Source of the DNA: the human T2T-CHM13v2.0 reference genome, Homo sapiens
Reading direction: 5' to 3' (one strand)
Assembly (NCBI RefSeq): GCF_009914755.1
Contig: NC_060926.1
Length of the DNA: 64,000 bases
Position 1 is the stretch's first letter, and every line of letters begins with the position of its first letter. This document shows, one piece after another, positions 1 to 14,420 of the stretch. Below the pieces are notes generated by a model. It did no database searches and had not been told where the DNA came from. It saw only the letters and a program-made list of their open reading frames with translations. The position numbers and the translations under genes were made by a program.

Positions 1-45
1 TCTTTGCTTTGGCTTTCTCCTTCCTGCCCCCCGCCTCGTTTTTCT

Positions 46-68
46 CATTCATTCATTCATTCATTCAT
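46..68. repeat. (ATTC)n simple repeat
   Basis: tcattcattcattcattcattcatt run visible. Confidence 0.85.
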
Positions 69-956
69 TATCTTTTCTTTATTTCTGTATTTATTCATTC
101 CTCTTTTATTTTTACCTTTTTCTTAGGGATTCCCTTGCTATTAGTTGTATGATGTACTTTTGGAAGACGGTGGTTACTCACGAAAAATACCTTTTACACT
201 TGAGAAAAACAAAACAATTTCTTTTAAGTACAGTACATTATCCTGCTGAGCTGTCATATGAGAACAGAAAAGTATTCTTGTTCAAACTCATGAAGTTGGA
301 AAAAAAATGCAAATTAAGTGTGAAGCATAAATTGTTCTGAAAACAAACAAAAACAACAACATTAAAAAGAACAAAGTCATCAAGGGAAATTCAAATTCAG
401 GACACAGCTGTGCACAACCTTACAAAGCAGAGAGTGGCAAAGCTCACATAAAGAAAGGAAAGATTACATTAAAAGAGAATGCTCAGTGAAACAAGACATG
501 GGCTAAGTCTACTTTTATTTAGAGGAGATCATTGTAAGATATTTTAATTACTGCTTAGAAACACCTTTAAGGAACAATTTCCTTTTATATTAATAATGAA
601 ATTAACTTTTGTTTCAATTTTGTTCGGTTTTCTTCATAGCAGTGGGACTTATAAAGTGAATAGGTTGTCATCAAATATGCTTAAGAGATCACTCGTTCAC
701 TTGTTTACTAATTCAGTAATCTTTTATTGCTCCCCTCCTATGTGATGGGCATTCATGTTTCACAATTAGGAGGTACAGTCCTGAAGTTTCATGTACTTTA
801 ACATCCTGCACAGGATACTCAATGTCAAATATAAACACAATGATTACAGTAAAATGTGTTGATGGAGGTATATCCAGAGTTCAAAGTGGCACACAAAAAG
901 ACCCTTCAGTCATATTAGGGGCATAAAGGTTAAGTTGTGTGTGCGTGTGTGTTGTT

Positions 957-1193
<237 letters not shown>

Positions 1194-1377
1194 TAATAGG
1201 GTGAGCAAGGGGAGGTTTCTGGCATTTCAAGCAAAGAGGCCCATGTGAGACACAGTGGTCTACAATAGTTTGAAGCAATCTAAAGCTACAGGTGGTTAAC
1301 TGATGGTGGAGCAGAGGGTATATCTTGACACCAGAGGGAGGTGCTAGAGACTTCTTCTGTGATGAACTCAAGATTTA

Positions 1378-1841
1378 CAATCCACCCTTGAACAACATGG
1401 GCTTGAACTGCCTGGGTTTACTTATATGCATATTTTTTCAATAAAAGTTACTCCAAGTGTGCCTGCCTCTCCTGCTTCCCCTCCAACCTCCTCCACCTCT
1501 GCCACCTCTGAGACAGCAAGACCAACCCTTCCTCTGCCTCCTCCTCCTCAGCCTGCTCAACGTGAAGATGACGGGGATGAAGACCTTTATGATCCACTTC
1601 CACTTAATGAAGAGTAAAAATATTTTCTTACTAACATTTTCTTTTCTCTAGTTTACATTGTTGTAAGAATATAGTATATAATACATATAACCTAAAAATA
1701 TGTGTTAACCGTTTATGTTATCAGTAAGGCTTCTGGTCAACTATAGGCTATCAGTGGCTAAGTTTTGGGGGAGTCCAAAGTTATACATAGATTTTGGGCT
1801 GTTTGGTGTCCCTAACCACTGCATTGTTCAAGGTTCAACTG
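1378..1841 (+). mobile_element. Tigger2-family (Tigger2a/MER28-like) non-autonomous TcMar DNA transposon
   Basis: TIRs caatccacccttgaacaac ... ttgttcaaggttcaactg; TA at 1376-77; diagnostic gagacagcaagaccaacc...gaagacctttatgatccacttccacttaatgaa. Confidence 0.88.
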
Positions 1842-2061
1842 CACAATATAAAGAATGAGAATGAATTGAAGGATGTTACAATGGGAAAGATGGCATGATC
1901 AGATCTGCATTTCAGAACGATATCCCTGGTATCATGCAGAATGGTGAGTGGGCCTTAAAGTGCCAAACAGATGCTAAGGAAATCAGTGAAGATGTTATTT
2001 CAGTAATATTCTTTTGTGTTCAATACCTGTGGCTAACAAAAAGTTAACTTTTTAGCCAAAT

Positions 2062-2250
2062 TGTGCCAGTCCTTCTCATATCCATTTTGTGCCTTTCTTC
2101 TGCTCTGCCTTATAGTTAAAGTGGCCAATCTCTGCAAACTACATTTCCCAAGTCCCTGTGTCCACAGGGCTTCCATCAAGGTTTGGCCAATGGAGTTATT
2201 GGTGGGAGATTGGAGGACAGGAAAAGGGGAGAAGCTAGGGTATTTCTCCA
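2062..2250 (+). mobile_element. ERVL LTR fragment, LTR33-like
   Basis: aaactacatttcccaag...ggccaatgg...gggagattggagg...gagaagctagggtatttctcc resembles recalled LTR33. Confidence 0.6.
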
Positions 2251-3229
2251 AATGCCCTAGATTTAATTTTACCATAGTTTAAAGCCAACATGCTTCTTCT
2301 TTTTTTTTTTTTTTTTAAAGTAGGGTTCCAATAATAGTTAAGTAGTGGATAAGAAATCTTCAAAAATAGCCATACTGACAGGATAGAATTTGGTAAATTT
2401 TCAAATAAAAGTACAAAATGTTCTTAGAGCTCAGGTAGGGAGATAGAGCTACCAGCTAGTCAGAAAAAAAAGACATGGGTTTTATACACTGCTTGGTTGG
2501 AATTCTCTAAAATCATAATCTAGTCTATTTTGAGGGCTACACCAGAAAGCACCTCTGAGTTATGTACTCATCAAATCACTGACTATCTTGAGATTGCTAG
2601 TCTCCTGGTATTTCCCTCTGTATGTCTACTATGGCACCAATTTTTGTGCTTCTGGTTTGGGCCCTTATCTGATAGAAAAGGAGCTTATAGTGTAGCTGTT
2701 TGGACAAAGGCATGCAGGTATCAGGTGACAAGAGAGGCAGCCAGGGGACTTGATATTTATGTGGACTGAGGGCAGCATAATATCTTTGGGATTAGGGGCT
2801 ACTTATTAATTTCTAGATCCAGAAAACAAAGCACTTAGACAGCATATTGCCAACATATATGAATTAGAAAACCGCAGACCCCATATAGACGGGGAAGAGA
2901 AAGAGCTTTTAGGAGATGGAACTGAGGAAGGCATGTGCAATAATTCCTTGTCAAATTATAATATTTTTAAAAAATTAGTCTTCTGTTAAGTATCTATGTA
3001 ATTGCTTTTTGTTCTGTTTTGTTTTTGATTTTGGATTATGCTCAATTATGAGTGTCAGAAAAATACTATAACAATCAGATATAACAGAGGTAAAGGACCT
3101 GGACAGAGTACCCATTTCGGCTACCTGGGCAAAAAGAAAATCAACTATTTGACTGAAACAATAACACCAGCAACAATGAAAACAGCACCTGGAACAACAC
3201 AACCCTCCTTCTTTTTAAAACTTGGAGAC

Positions 3230-3293
3230 TCTTAGTGCCTGGCACTTGCAATGAATATTAGTGTTCAATAAACAATAGATTAATGAATGAATG
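3230..3293 (+). mobile_element. L2 3' tail fragment
   Basis: agtgcctggcac...ttcaataaa...aatgaatgaatg. Confidence 0.55.
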
Positions 3294-6057
3294 GTTATAA
3301 AAATGACAAAGTACTTTTTTTACAGCCTTTGGATGAAAACATGATTATTAAGACTTGCTGCTGGAAAAAAATAAATCATTCTTTTATTTATCTTCAAATC
3401 CAAGTAGTTTCCAACATGTACACCCAAATCAAAATTATGAGTATTATTTTTAATAGATTCTTTTTTCTTCTTGAGTTTAAACAATGAGTCAAATTTTATA
3501 GGCACCCCAAAGCTATCCAAAAAAAATCTGCCCTTGAAATGCTGAAGACCTTCAGTGTGAACTACCAGTCAAATTGCAATCGTATTTTGAAATCTTAATT
3601 TCCTTCCCAAGATAGGACTTTAAGCCTTTTTCTATTTTGATGATGAAATATTGGATTTATAGTATAGAAGGGTAAACTTGAATTTTCATAATAGTAAAAA
3701 AAATACAAAGTATCATTGGCAAAACCACTATACCCTCACAAAAAATGAAGCACTATAAATAGAATATTCCAATGGGCAGATGTTAGCTTAAAGTGTGCAT
3801 TGTTTGGAAAAGGAGTTAATTAACAACTTATTAATTGGATAGAAAATCTGAAACTGTTGTACTTCTAGCAAATACATAATTTTCTTCAAGTATTATTAAA
3901 GCATTTTTGTTGTACCTATTAAAGATTCTTGTCTCTAAGTTAATTTCATTATGCTAATAAGCTATCATCGTTACAGAACCTAAGCTTTGATCCATGTTAA
4001 TTGTCGTGATCTTCAAAGACAAAGTCACCACTTACTTTAAATGAATTTTACATCTTTTTAAAGAATCATACGGAAATTAGGGGAAGTAATTAATTTTTTA
4101 TTATGTGTCTCAATATTTTTAAGGGAGGAAGTCAATGGTATTGGCTAGAATTCATTTTAACATTTAACTAGGGAAAACAGCATGAAGCAAAAAAAACTGT
4201 TCAGATGCAAAAGATTAAAGAAAATTTGAAACTGGGACCTAATTTGTCTTGATAAACTTTGGTGTTTAATATGCTTCTTTTGTTCTCAGTGTGAAACTGC
4301 AGGGTTTTGATTTGTGAAAACTTTTTGAAGAATTAATTCTTTCTAATTTTTCTTCATTTCTTTGCCTTTCTTTTACAGTAAGACAGACAAGTTGACCTTC
4401 AAACCATAACTCTTTTAAATATCTATGAACTTACAAGGTTAAATCTATTAGTGGTTTGATATTAGCTATTGTACGCTAACAGAGTAGTGTCTTCTGAAAC
4501 GGATAAGACTTATTTGTTCCTATATAACAACTGGTTGTTTGAACCTTAACAAGTATAAGCAAATAATGTTATTAAACTATTTGCATGTCTCATTGTAAAA
4601 CAGACAAGGTTAAGTATAAAAATATTAACTCTATTTTATGAAGTTAATATTTTATGAAATTTTTTTTGTGTGAAGATAAAATATACTTTAAGGACATACC
4701 TGAAGTGGATAATTATTGGTTGTATATTCGTTATAACCAGAGTGACATGCAGGTTAAAGGCATTCTTTAAACCGCCCATCAAAGTAGATCAAACACGAGA
4801 TCATAAATGAGAAAAGCAGAAGCATCATATGGTATATTTTTTCTTAAACATTCAGAGACAAGGGATTAACAGCCAAAATTATAATTTTGTAATTATTTAT
4901 ACTGTATTAAGCTTTCTGAACGATTTTTTTGGAACGATATGGCATATGAAAGAGATATTACAGTTAAACATACATTAAAAACAGGAAATCACTAACTGTG
5001 GTAAATAAATGCTTCACAGGAAATAGAGATGTATCAAATAGATTTTTAGAGAAAATCTGGTGGCTGTAATATAATTGTTAGCAAATAAGAACATCTTCAT
5101 ACAGCAAACAACCTAATAGTGAAATTCCACTTTACTGTGAAGAATTTCTAAGACCCACTGGAGAAGTGTTGAACTCATTATAATGATTTCTTTATATGTA
5201 AACTGTTAGTTCTCAATTCTTTGTCTATAAGAAAATAACCTGGTGATAATAAAAATGAATTTTAGCATGGTGCCCAAGGGTTTATGTTTTTAACAAATAT
5301 TGCCAGTTGCTTTTAATGCAGATGATTAATGGACTACAGGACTTAAACGTTGATAACATCAGTAACAAACTCAAATTTTGTCTGTCCTTCAACTTTATGC
5401 ATTTCACTTCTTATAATTCTTTACCAGCCAAACAAGCTAATAGTAAAATCCACTGATGTATCAAGAAAATAGCCATAGAAATGAATATATTGGATTAATA
5501 ATTTTAGTATTAGCATTGTTCGTGTTATATTAGAATGACTAAAAGCAATCAAATGAACTAATTTCATTAATTAAGGTATGATGAAACATAATACATTTTC
5601 AAATTAATAGTGTTCTTTTCAACACTGTGAACCTATATACCTTCTATGGTTTGGTTGTCATTTTGGATTGTTTCCTTTGCATTAGATAGGCACTTAATGC
5701 ATGTCTGTTACATGAAAATACTAGATTTTAGTCTTTTATTTTGTAACTCAGTGTATGGCCCAATTTAAGGTTATCTGTTTTGTTCACCAGGTGTGGGTAT
5801 TTTTTTTTTAATCATAACCATAGACACAAGATAAGCATTTTCTGCCATTGAGATTATTTGAAAAGCTGTACTGGGGTTTCTGAAGATATTTACATGAGTT
5901 TTTTTCTTTTAAAACTAAGTTCTGTAATAGCATATGAACATTTATTGTATGTGCCATCTTACAAATTTTCATAGACAAAATCACACATTTTCATGTGTAT
6001 GAATGTGTAATTTCTCTCAGAACTGCCTGGTGGCAGTGGGGGGCTGGAGGCTGTCTA

Positions 6058-6239
6058 CATTATATTTTGAGATTGAATGTAATTCAATTATATTCACCTA
6101 AATTATATTTCCCATTATATTTTGAGATTGTTTCAATTGTATTTTGTTTTGTATTTTGAGATTGTTTCAATACTGTTTTAATCTCAAAATAGAATGGGAA
6201 CAATCTCAAAATATAATGGGAAATATAACTTAGGGTGAA
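6058..6239. repeat. Complex inverted repeat with ~40-bp arms and five copies of a tattttgagatt motif
   Basis: 6093-6132 is the near-exact reverse complement of 6199-6239. Confidence 0.9.
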
Positions 6240-7264
6240 AAGACTCATAAAAGGAAATTATTTACATTAAAAAATATATAACTCCCAAATCCTAAGCAAC
6301 TCTTATCCATAACATCTCCCTCAAACATATTAAATCATACTTCAAATGTATTATAGAGATAATAGTAATAAATTTGTGAAATTATTCTCTTATTGAAAAT
6401 GTTCACTTTAGGCTACAATGAAAAATCTGGGGACATGATAAAAGTGACAACTCAAAGTTTACTCTTGAGAGGATTGTGTTAGACTTGGGTTGAGGAGGGA
6501 AGAGGAATACCATTCACATCCAGCTCTACCAGTTTCTTCCTAAGCTGACAGAGGGCCCTGCTGTAGGTAGGAGGGAGAAGAAAAACTTGTAGAAAGTGGA
6601 TGAACAACAGCCTTTTGTTTTTCCACTTTTGTGATTGTAAGGAAAGAATGAAGTGTGGACTGCTTTCCTTGACAGATCTTAACACAGAAATTCATAGATT
6701 CACATACCTCCTTTTGTCCCAAGCAAAGCCCTCTGGTCACTAAGCTAAGAGGTCACTGCTAGATATGACTGTTTAGAGCAACATGTGCCATGTACAAGTG
6801 GCAAATCCTATGGAGGCTCAAACCCTCTATGTATAGCTTTAATCAATTTAAAGTTTTAGACCAGCTGACATATGATGAAAATTATGAATAAACAACTTTA
6901 AGGTTAGGAGATAAGAGGTTTACGAAGCTAAAATTGTTAGATAGTTTAATCAAAGGTGGAATTTATTGAATATAAAACTTTGTTTTAAGACTTTTTATTA
7001 AACTATTAGAACAACACTGCAATGGCTTCAAATAAGTTTACAATCAAAGGTGTAGCAAATCCTTTCTTTAGGAACCATAGCCCAGACTTTGTCAAATGCT
7101 ATAAGCATTGAAGAGCAATAACTTTTAATAACATCTGATTTATTTTAAAAGAGGCATAACTTTCCATTCAAAGAAATATAATATTTATTCAAGGAATAGT
7201 TATTTTCCCTGATTGTACTTGAATTAGCCAATTATTAATATTTTTTATTTATTGTACTTTATGC

Positions 7265-7560
7265 ACAGGCTGCATACTGGCACTCTAGCCCTAATTTGTG
7301 GCCTGCACAATATTTTATACATTTCAAAGTTAGTTTTTAACACCTAAAATACAAGTATCTGGATTTCTAGCTTAAATTTAAAAAACATTCACTCTCTGAA
7401 AATATCGGGCATTTTGATCTACATAGCAAAGATGAGATCAAGGCAAGCAGAAATTTCCTTTTTTACAGTTGAGCACTGTGTTCACCTCAGCACTTAGCTA
7501 GCTGCCTTCACTTATGTAAATAACTTGTCCAAACCCAAAAGACACTTGGGTTTGCCCCAG
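7265..7560 (+). mobile_element. MER102-like hAT-Charlie DNA transposon relic
   Basis: ggcctgcacaatattt...ttagtttttaacacctaaaa...atctggatttctagctt...ttcacttatgtaaataacttg...ttgggtttgcccc. Confidence 0.55.
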
Positions 7561-8769
7561 TTGATGAAAACATCGTGGTCTACTAGAAATGAATGTCAAC
7601 CCTATATCCATGATTGCGGAGCCATCTATGTGAAAATCACTGGGATACGTTGAAATTCAAAACAATAATACTAAGGAAAACATTATAAGGAATGAAAAGT
7701 GAAAACACGAGAGCAGGATGAACTGTTATCTTAAGAGACACAAGACAGATGGGTTCATGCTCCAAACTACCATTCTCAGCACTTTAGGGAGCCTTAGGTG
7801 AATCATTGAGTATTTGGCAAGTCTAAGATTGAGAAGTAAAATGTTAGAATTTGGTGGAAATTACCTTAGTTTCCATGTACAGTAAGTAATATTCTAACTT
7901 AAAAATGCTAAAATACCTCCGACTGAAGATGGTTATAAGATGCTCAGGGTTAACTGTGTTAGATGCTTTCCTCTTCTAAAGACCTTTGCTTTTAACTAAA
8001 TGCTTGCTTATCTTTCTAATTTAACATAGTCCCACATTCTTCTTTGTAGTAATTTTGGGCTATCAGATAACATATAATGGAAAACATGTTTATGCCTTCC
8101 ACCAGTTCTTGTTGCATATTTCAAATGCTTAGAACAACAATTTTCAGAAGCTTTCATTAAGGTTAATTTAAAAACTACATTAAATACAAACAGATTTTCT
8201 CACAAACAAAATGCAATGTGTACTTAACAGACTTCTGTATGTTATATTTGATAAACTACCTCATATAAATGCAAATTTTGACTTTCTGCCAGAACCAGGT
8301 GGTATGGAAAATATTTCTATTAAACAAATAATGCTGGAAGAGCAAACTTCAAGCACTGGTATGTTACATAAGGAAAGAGGATGTTTCATTCAGGTTTGAT
8401 GTATATTTCAGGTTGACCTTTATGCATACAAAATAAAAGAAACATACTGAAGAATAATATGTGGTGAGCGGTTGTCTTTGGCGTGCAAGAGGATTCAGGA
8501 AAATATACCTGGGGAGGGATTTTTACATATTCAGAAAAATAAGCTAAAAATATTGTCTTCTGTTTTGCATGGTTATTTGCTTGCGTTATCTTACCCACTG
8601 TGGTAGTTATCTGGATAGCTTTCATCTTAATCACTAAGTAAAATTGAACAAGGAGAGCTAAATAAATCAGGATGATCCCATATATCGCCTCACACAGAAA
8701 GGCTTCTTTGAACTCTCAGCTAGACAAAATACAATAAGAACACTCATGTAAACAGGAGACCTCCTCAAA

Positions 8770-9195
8770 AATAATAACCTTAATGTAACTATGAAAAAAA
8801 CATTAGACAAGCCTAAATTAAAGGATATCCTACAAAATGTATGATCAGTACACCTCAAAATTGTCAAGGTCATCAAAAGCAAAGAATGTCTTGAACACTC
8901 ATACATCAGAAGACACTAAGAAGATGTGATAACTACATGTAATGTAGTATTCTGGATGAGATCTTGAAACAGGAAAAGGATGTGAAAAAACTGGTGACAT
9001 TCAAATAAAGCATGTAGTTTAGTTTAATTAATAGTTATATACCAGTGTTGACTCAATTCTGACAAATACACCACAGTAATGTAAGTTGTTAACAATAGGG
9101 GAAACTGATACAATGTACACTGGAACTCTCTGTAAAATCTTTGTAACTTTTCTGTAAATCTAAAACCATTCTCCCAAAAGTTTATTTAAATTAAA
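8770..9195 (+). mobile_element. Old L1 3' end (L1MC4-like)
   Basis: cattagacaagcctaaattaaaggatatcctacaaaat...gtcaaggtcatcaaaa...ggaactctctgta...ttttctgtaaatctaaaa. Confidence 0.8.
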
Positions 9196-9811
9196 AGAAT
9201 AAACAGAAGATAAATGGAGAAAATAGTATTTGGCCCGAAGGTATATGTTCAGGCTTATGAGGATACTTCTATTCATTCCTAATAGGATAACTCCTTGGAA
9301 TTGCTATGTCGGAGATGGTGATGATTATATTCAAATTATATCTGCTTTCTTGCTTAGTCACTGTGATGAATCATGCATGGTGTCCACCTGATGACTAGGT
9401 GTTCATTGCAAAGACAGTTGTTGCCTACATGAAGTGCAATGGGAAAACCTGTGACCTTGAACGCATTGGTACTGGGTCCTAAAAATTAGGCCTAACAAAC
9501 TTGATCCTCGCTGTAGACATAGGCTATATTTGTGAGGTGTTTTTATGAGACAGGCTGAAGACTCCAGAGAAATGTTTGATTTAGGACATGGTAGTCATAT
9601 TTAAGAATGTTGCAAATCGTTACAAAATACTATAATGATAATTTGCAATATGGGAATAATGCCTAATATAAAAATATACAAAATTGGGAATAACTATTAG
9701 GTTTGAGGTGATAGGTTAATTATCTAAAAGTAAAACCCCAACTTTAAAGAAAAAATATTTTATACATAAACACACACACAAACACACACACAGAAAACCC
9801 CACGAAGATGC

Positions 9812-10200
9812 TGATGATAATGATAGCTTCTTCATGGGGACTTCTGTTCTAACCACTGCACATAGAGCTTTATATACTCTCTCCAAGGTTGCTATCACCA
9901 CTTCTGTTTTATAGTAAAGTCAATAAGACTCAGAAAGAATAAGTAACTTGCCAAAGTACCCACATCTTGTAAGTAATACAGTAACTTTCCTCTAATCAAT
10001 TTCTCACAACAGCACCTATTACCATCCTTGCCAAACTTTCTCTCCTATCAAGTCTCTCAGGTCTTTATCTGCTTGGCATTATTTCTTGACTGTCTTTTTA
10101 GATTAATGACTCATGTTCATGTCTCAGAGACCATAAATGATAAGGCTGGCATTCTAACCCAAGTCCATCTAACCCCAAAGTCTATGTACTTGAAACAGTG
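9812..10200 (-). mobile_element. MIR SINE in two pieces (9812-9985, 10140-10200)
   Basis: gactcagaaagaataagtaacttgccaaagtacccacatc; ggctggcattctaacccaagtccatctaaccccaaag. Confidence 0.65.
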
Positions 10201-12777
10201 AATTAACATGCCCGCAATACAATATTGTCTACATAATGCTCTTGATCTCAAATAATTCTAGAATGGCTAGTAGGCTCAATTATTCAACTATTTGAATTAT
10301 TATATTTACCTTTGGGGTATGAATAAATTAACACATTTTATGTACATTTGAAAATGTTAAAAAAAAAACCTCTCTGATCAAAATATTCACTACCAAAAAT
10401 ATAGTTTTAAAAAGAATATGGAATTACATTTTTCTCTTTGCAAAATATCTGTTAACTTCAATATGTAAATGTTATGTATATTAAAGTCACAATGTAAAAC
10501 TGTATAGGAATTATAAAAGTGAATTGAGAACAAAGGAGAAAGCCTGGGGTTGGAACACTGAGAAACTTTGTAGGGTCTTAATGAAAAGTTTCTAGAGAGA
10601 GAAGAGTAGACTTTATTGATGTTGTTCTTGCTTAATATAAGACCTTAGGTTTTCATCCCTTTATGTAGGGTATTCCTCCTGCTAGAGAAGATAGAGTGGG
10701 CTAGCTGAGATTTCTGGAGATCTGTTTAGACTTCTGATCTAATGTGTTATTTCTGCTAATCTGAGAGTAACATTACTGACTCATAGGAAACAATTTAATT
10801 GTCTCTAATGATAATATCTGACTGAGCCTATAACTCTTAAGAGCCAACTAGTTTTACTAAAATAATTTTCATTTATATCATAACATACTTAAATTTCTTT
10901 CGTTTTAGGATCAAAATGTAGCCAAGGCTTTAGAGTTCATGAACTTTCAAAAAGAGATCTTTTCTTTCCCGTTGAAATGGGAATAGCAGTCATTGTGTGC
11001 TTCCTAAGAAATCCTTGTCTTTACAGAGCTAATAAGTTATAGTATACATATATTCAGCACAACCAGTATTCTATTCCAAAGGGAAGTAAAATTGGAAAAT
11101 TATAGTTGTTTTTATTAATTCTATATAATAAACGTTTTTCTGAATCCTTGAGAGAATTCGAAAGTCAGAAAAAAATTGATTATATAAAGTATGATTTTAG
11201 TAGTGGGTTAATAAAATCATGTGTACTCTTAACATATTTAATGTGAGGAAGCCTGACAAATGGCATTGACTTTATGACAAAATCAATATTTGTTTTGCTA
11301 TGCTGGGTAAATTTATTTCTCATAGCATCAAAAGAACAAAATTCAAAGAATATGCAAAACCAGAGACTTTCAAAATTGAATATGAAGTGAAATATTATCA
11401 AAACCTATGTTAAGCTGCTCTAGATTAGTTATTATTTAAAGCAGATAGTCAAAAGTATTCAACTTTTAAAGTGAAACTCTGATGTATTTAAATATGAGTG
11501 ACTTCAATTTAATACTATTATTATTTCTTTATACATTTTTTCCAGGGAAAATTTCAGATTTTGAGCCAAGTATAGAATTATATGGTTGGAGGTTACATAA
11601 TGCAGGCCTACAGTGTTTTATATTATGTCTAGGAGATAGAGCATTAGATTTCACAGAGAAAGTCATAGAGATGTCACATTGTTGAAATTTCTGATCTAGT
11701 TGCGATGCATAGGTTTGAATGACAAACCCAAGGGCCAAATTCACAAAACAATTACATTTGCTTTTTGCACCCTTGATGCCCAAAATACTGGGATTTGCAC
11801 TTTTAAACAGACAAAATAAATTATCTCTTTCCTCCTTATAAAACTTTAAATTTACAAATGTTTCTTACCTAACTTTAAGAACTCTCCTTAGGGGCTTAGC
11901 AGACCTGGAAAAAAACAGGACAACCAACAAAAAAGGTGTTCCCAGCTCAGCCATCCTGTTTATCTATCTGTTTAGCTCTAGTTCATTGTAAACCACAGGC
12001 ACATAAAGATTTCTTCCCAGGGCATCTCTAAAATATGTAGCATCACTTTAAAAAGTAGTTTATGTCATTTTTTAACATATTACATTTATTTCCAAAAGAA
12101 AAGAATAATGTCACCAATCAGCCCCTATTTCTCTTTACTGTTGAATAGCAGATTCTGTCCCTTTAAAGCTCATTTCTTGCCATCATTGTCAGAAAGATAA
12201 ATGCACAAATTATATATAATTTATGCCCATTAAATGTATATCAAAATTCCTAGGTATTTAAAAAAATTCTTGATATTATGACTTTTTAAATGTTGGAAAT
12301 CTACTTATTATCCAAATAAAAGTTATTAATTAGCAATATGAAAAAATGGATTTTCATTTTAATCAAAAATAAACAAAAATACCCTTAGAATTGTTACAAT
12401 ACTGATATTTATCAGTGCAGATGGATACCCTTAAAGATTCTCTTTTTTGTCGGCCCACAGCCACTTATTGTAAGTACTACAATAACCTTCCTTTCATTGA
12501 TTGCTCCTAACAACACCTAGTACCATGTCAAACTTTGCCACTTGTGTAGTTTCCCAAGGCTTCATCCTCTTTGCATTGTTTCCTGACTCCTTCTTTATGG
12601 TGAGGACTCAAGTTCATGGTCTCCCGGACATTTACTTGTGCTTGTCCCAAGAAAGTTCTTCAGATTGAATCTGATGCTGCAAAACACTTCTGCCTTGATG
12701 AAGGAATCTTCCATGATTCGAATAACTTTGTATTAATTACGGCCTTTAAGTATTCCAGTGCTGAAATTACCAATACA

Positions 12778-12893
12778 TAGGGCAACTCCACATCCTGGTT
12801 TGCCCAGACAGTTCTGTTTTCTGCCTGTTATCATCAGTTAATTATTAGCAGCACTCACTCATACTCTTAAAATTGTTCCTATTTGATCACCAT
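12778..12893 (+). mobile_element. MER94 (hAT-Blackjack MITE)
   Basis: tagggcaac...catcctggtttgcccagacag...gcctgtt...taattattagcagc...actcttaaaattgttcc...gatcacc. Confidence 0.7.
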
Positions 12894-13236
12894 TTCAATA
12901 GCCAATTTTTAAAAGACAAGTTGAATGAGAATAAACTCATGAGACACGAGTGACAGAATTGCTACTTTAGGAAGGAACACTATTTGAGTTATGTATAATG
13001 AATATTACTGTACTTCTGATGATAAATGCATAAAAATCAAGCTGTAGTGCAAAGGGTCTTTTATTAAAATTCTAGAACCAGGCCTCAGAGAAGGTAAATA
13101 ATGGAGAGTTTTCTACCCAAAGGCTTAGTGACCATGTGCAAGAAATTATCATTTGTAAGTTTATACACACATACCAATTTAGTCTTAGTAATAAGATTTG
13201 GTTAACAGTGAATAATAAAAGACCTAGGTATTTTAA

Positions 13237-13297
13237 AATAATATAATGTAATGTAATGTAATATAATATAATATAATATAATATAATATAATATAAT
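13237..13297. repeat. (AATAT/AATGT)n pentanucleotide microsatellite
   Basis: direct reading. Confidence 0.9.
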
Positions 13298-14074
13298 TTT
13301 ATTATTCATAGTATTCTTGTGAGTTACCTCAAATAGCAGCCTGGATTGAAAAAGGAAAATAGCACCTACTGAGGGACTACAATGTGTCAGGCATTGAGAT
13401 GGGTATTATAATTAGACAATGGGATTGTAAATACAGATATGTTAACACACATGGTCAGAGGGCCTCCTGGAAGATCTTGGTAATGAAAGACAAGTTAATC
13501 TCTTGGGATAAATAAAAAACTAGGGGAGAAAAAATAAATGAGACAGATACTAATAGGATACAATAGCTTGCCCTTCTACATGGACAATGGAGAGGTTCAA
13601 CTAGGTTGTTGTCTCAGGTGATGGCTATTGTGGAAAGCTCATATTATCTTTGAAGGTGGGAAGGGAAATGTCTGCAAGCAAGGATCAGGGATCAGCACTG
13701 GGAGTGCAGAGAGACAACGATTTCCGGAAGACCTGAGAAGGAATTTCTGGCCATTCCTAAGTAGTAATAGATGCTAGAGAACTGAGGACTGAACCCAGCC
13801 ATAAGGGGACTCTCATCTCAGCACATACACAGCTGAAAGCAGAAAGAAAGAGTGTGGATTTGAAAAAGGTTTTGCAGATTGAGGATTTCCTCAAATTCTC
13901 AGGGTAAAAAGTGTATTGATTTAATACTAATGTGCATTTTCTCTAATTTTTTTGGTCTGTATAACTTTATGGCAAGAGTTAATATGTGAACGGCAGTGTA
14001 CTCTAAACTTACTATTTGAGGTTGTCCATGAACAATTGCATGAATGTAGGGGTGAATGTACCTCACACATGCTA

Positions 14075-14225
14075 TTACATTTCATTCTCACCACAACTTT
14101 GGGAAGTAGATATTATCATCCCCACGTGACAGATGGGGACACAGTATACACAGATTGAGTAACATCCAAGATTATACAATTAGTGGCAGAGCAGCTCTAA
14201 CTCCAAAGTCCATTTATTTTCCAGC
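14075..14225 (-). mobile_element. MIR SINE
   Basis: attattatcatccccacgtgacagatggggacacag-like MIR core. Confidence 0.7.
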
Positions 14226-14245
14226 ATATTATTAAGATTGTAAAG

Positions 14246-14420
14246 CACTGCTTTTCAAAGTTAAATGTTTGTAGTGATCATCTGGTTTTTGTTTTTATTT
14301 TTTAATGCATACTCTGAATCAGGTGGTCTAGGATGGGTCTGAGATGTCACATTTCTAACAAATTCCTAGGTAAGTGATGACAATGCTGTGGGTCCACAGA
14401 CCACACTTTGAGTAACATGA
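14246..14420 (-). mobile_element. MER5A-like hAT-Charlie MITE
   Basis: ctgaatcaggtggtctaggatggg...catttctaacaaattcctagg...ggtccacagaccacactttgagta. Confidence 0.75.

Noticed and set aside
1426-1617. Pro/Ser-rich acidic 63-aa ORF
   Set aside because: Lies entirely within the Tigger2-family element.
6058-6239. CRISPR-like reading of the repeated motifs
   Set aside because: Primate DNA, mixed orientations, no regular unique spacers, no cas genes.
13400-13900. Purine-rich stretch that may be an old LTR or L2 fragment
   Set aside because: Could not match it to any family with confidence.
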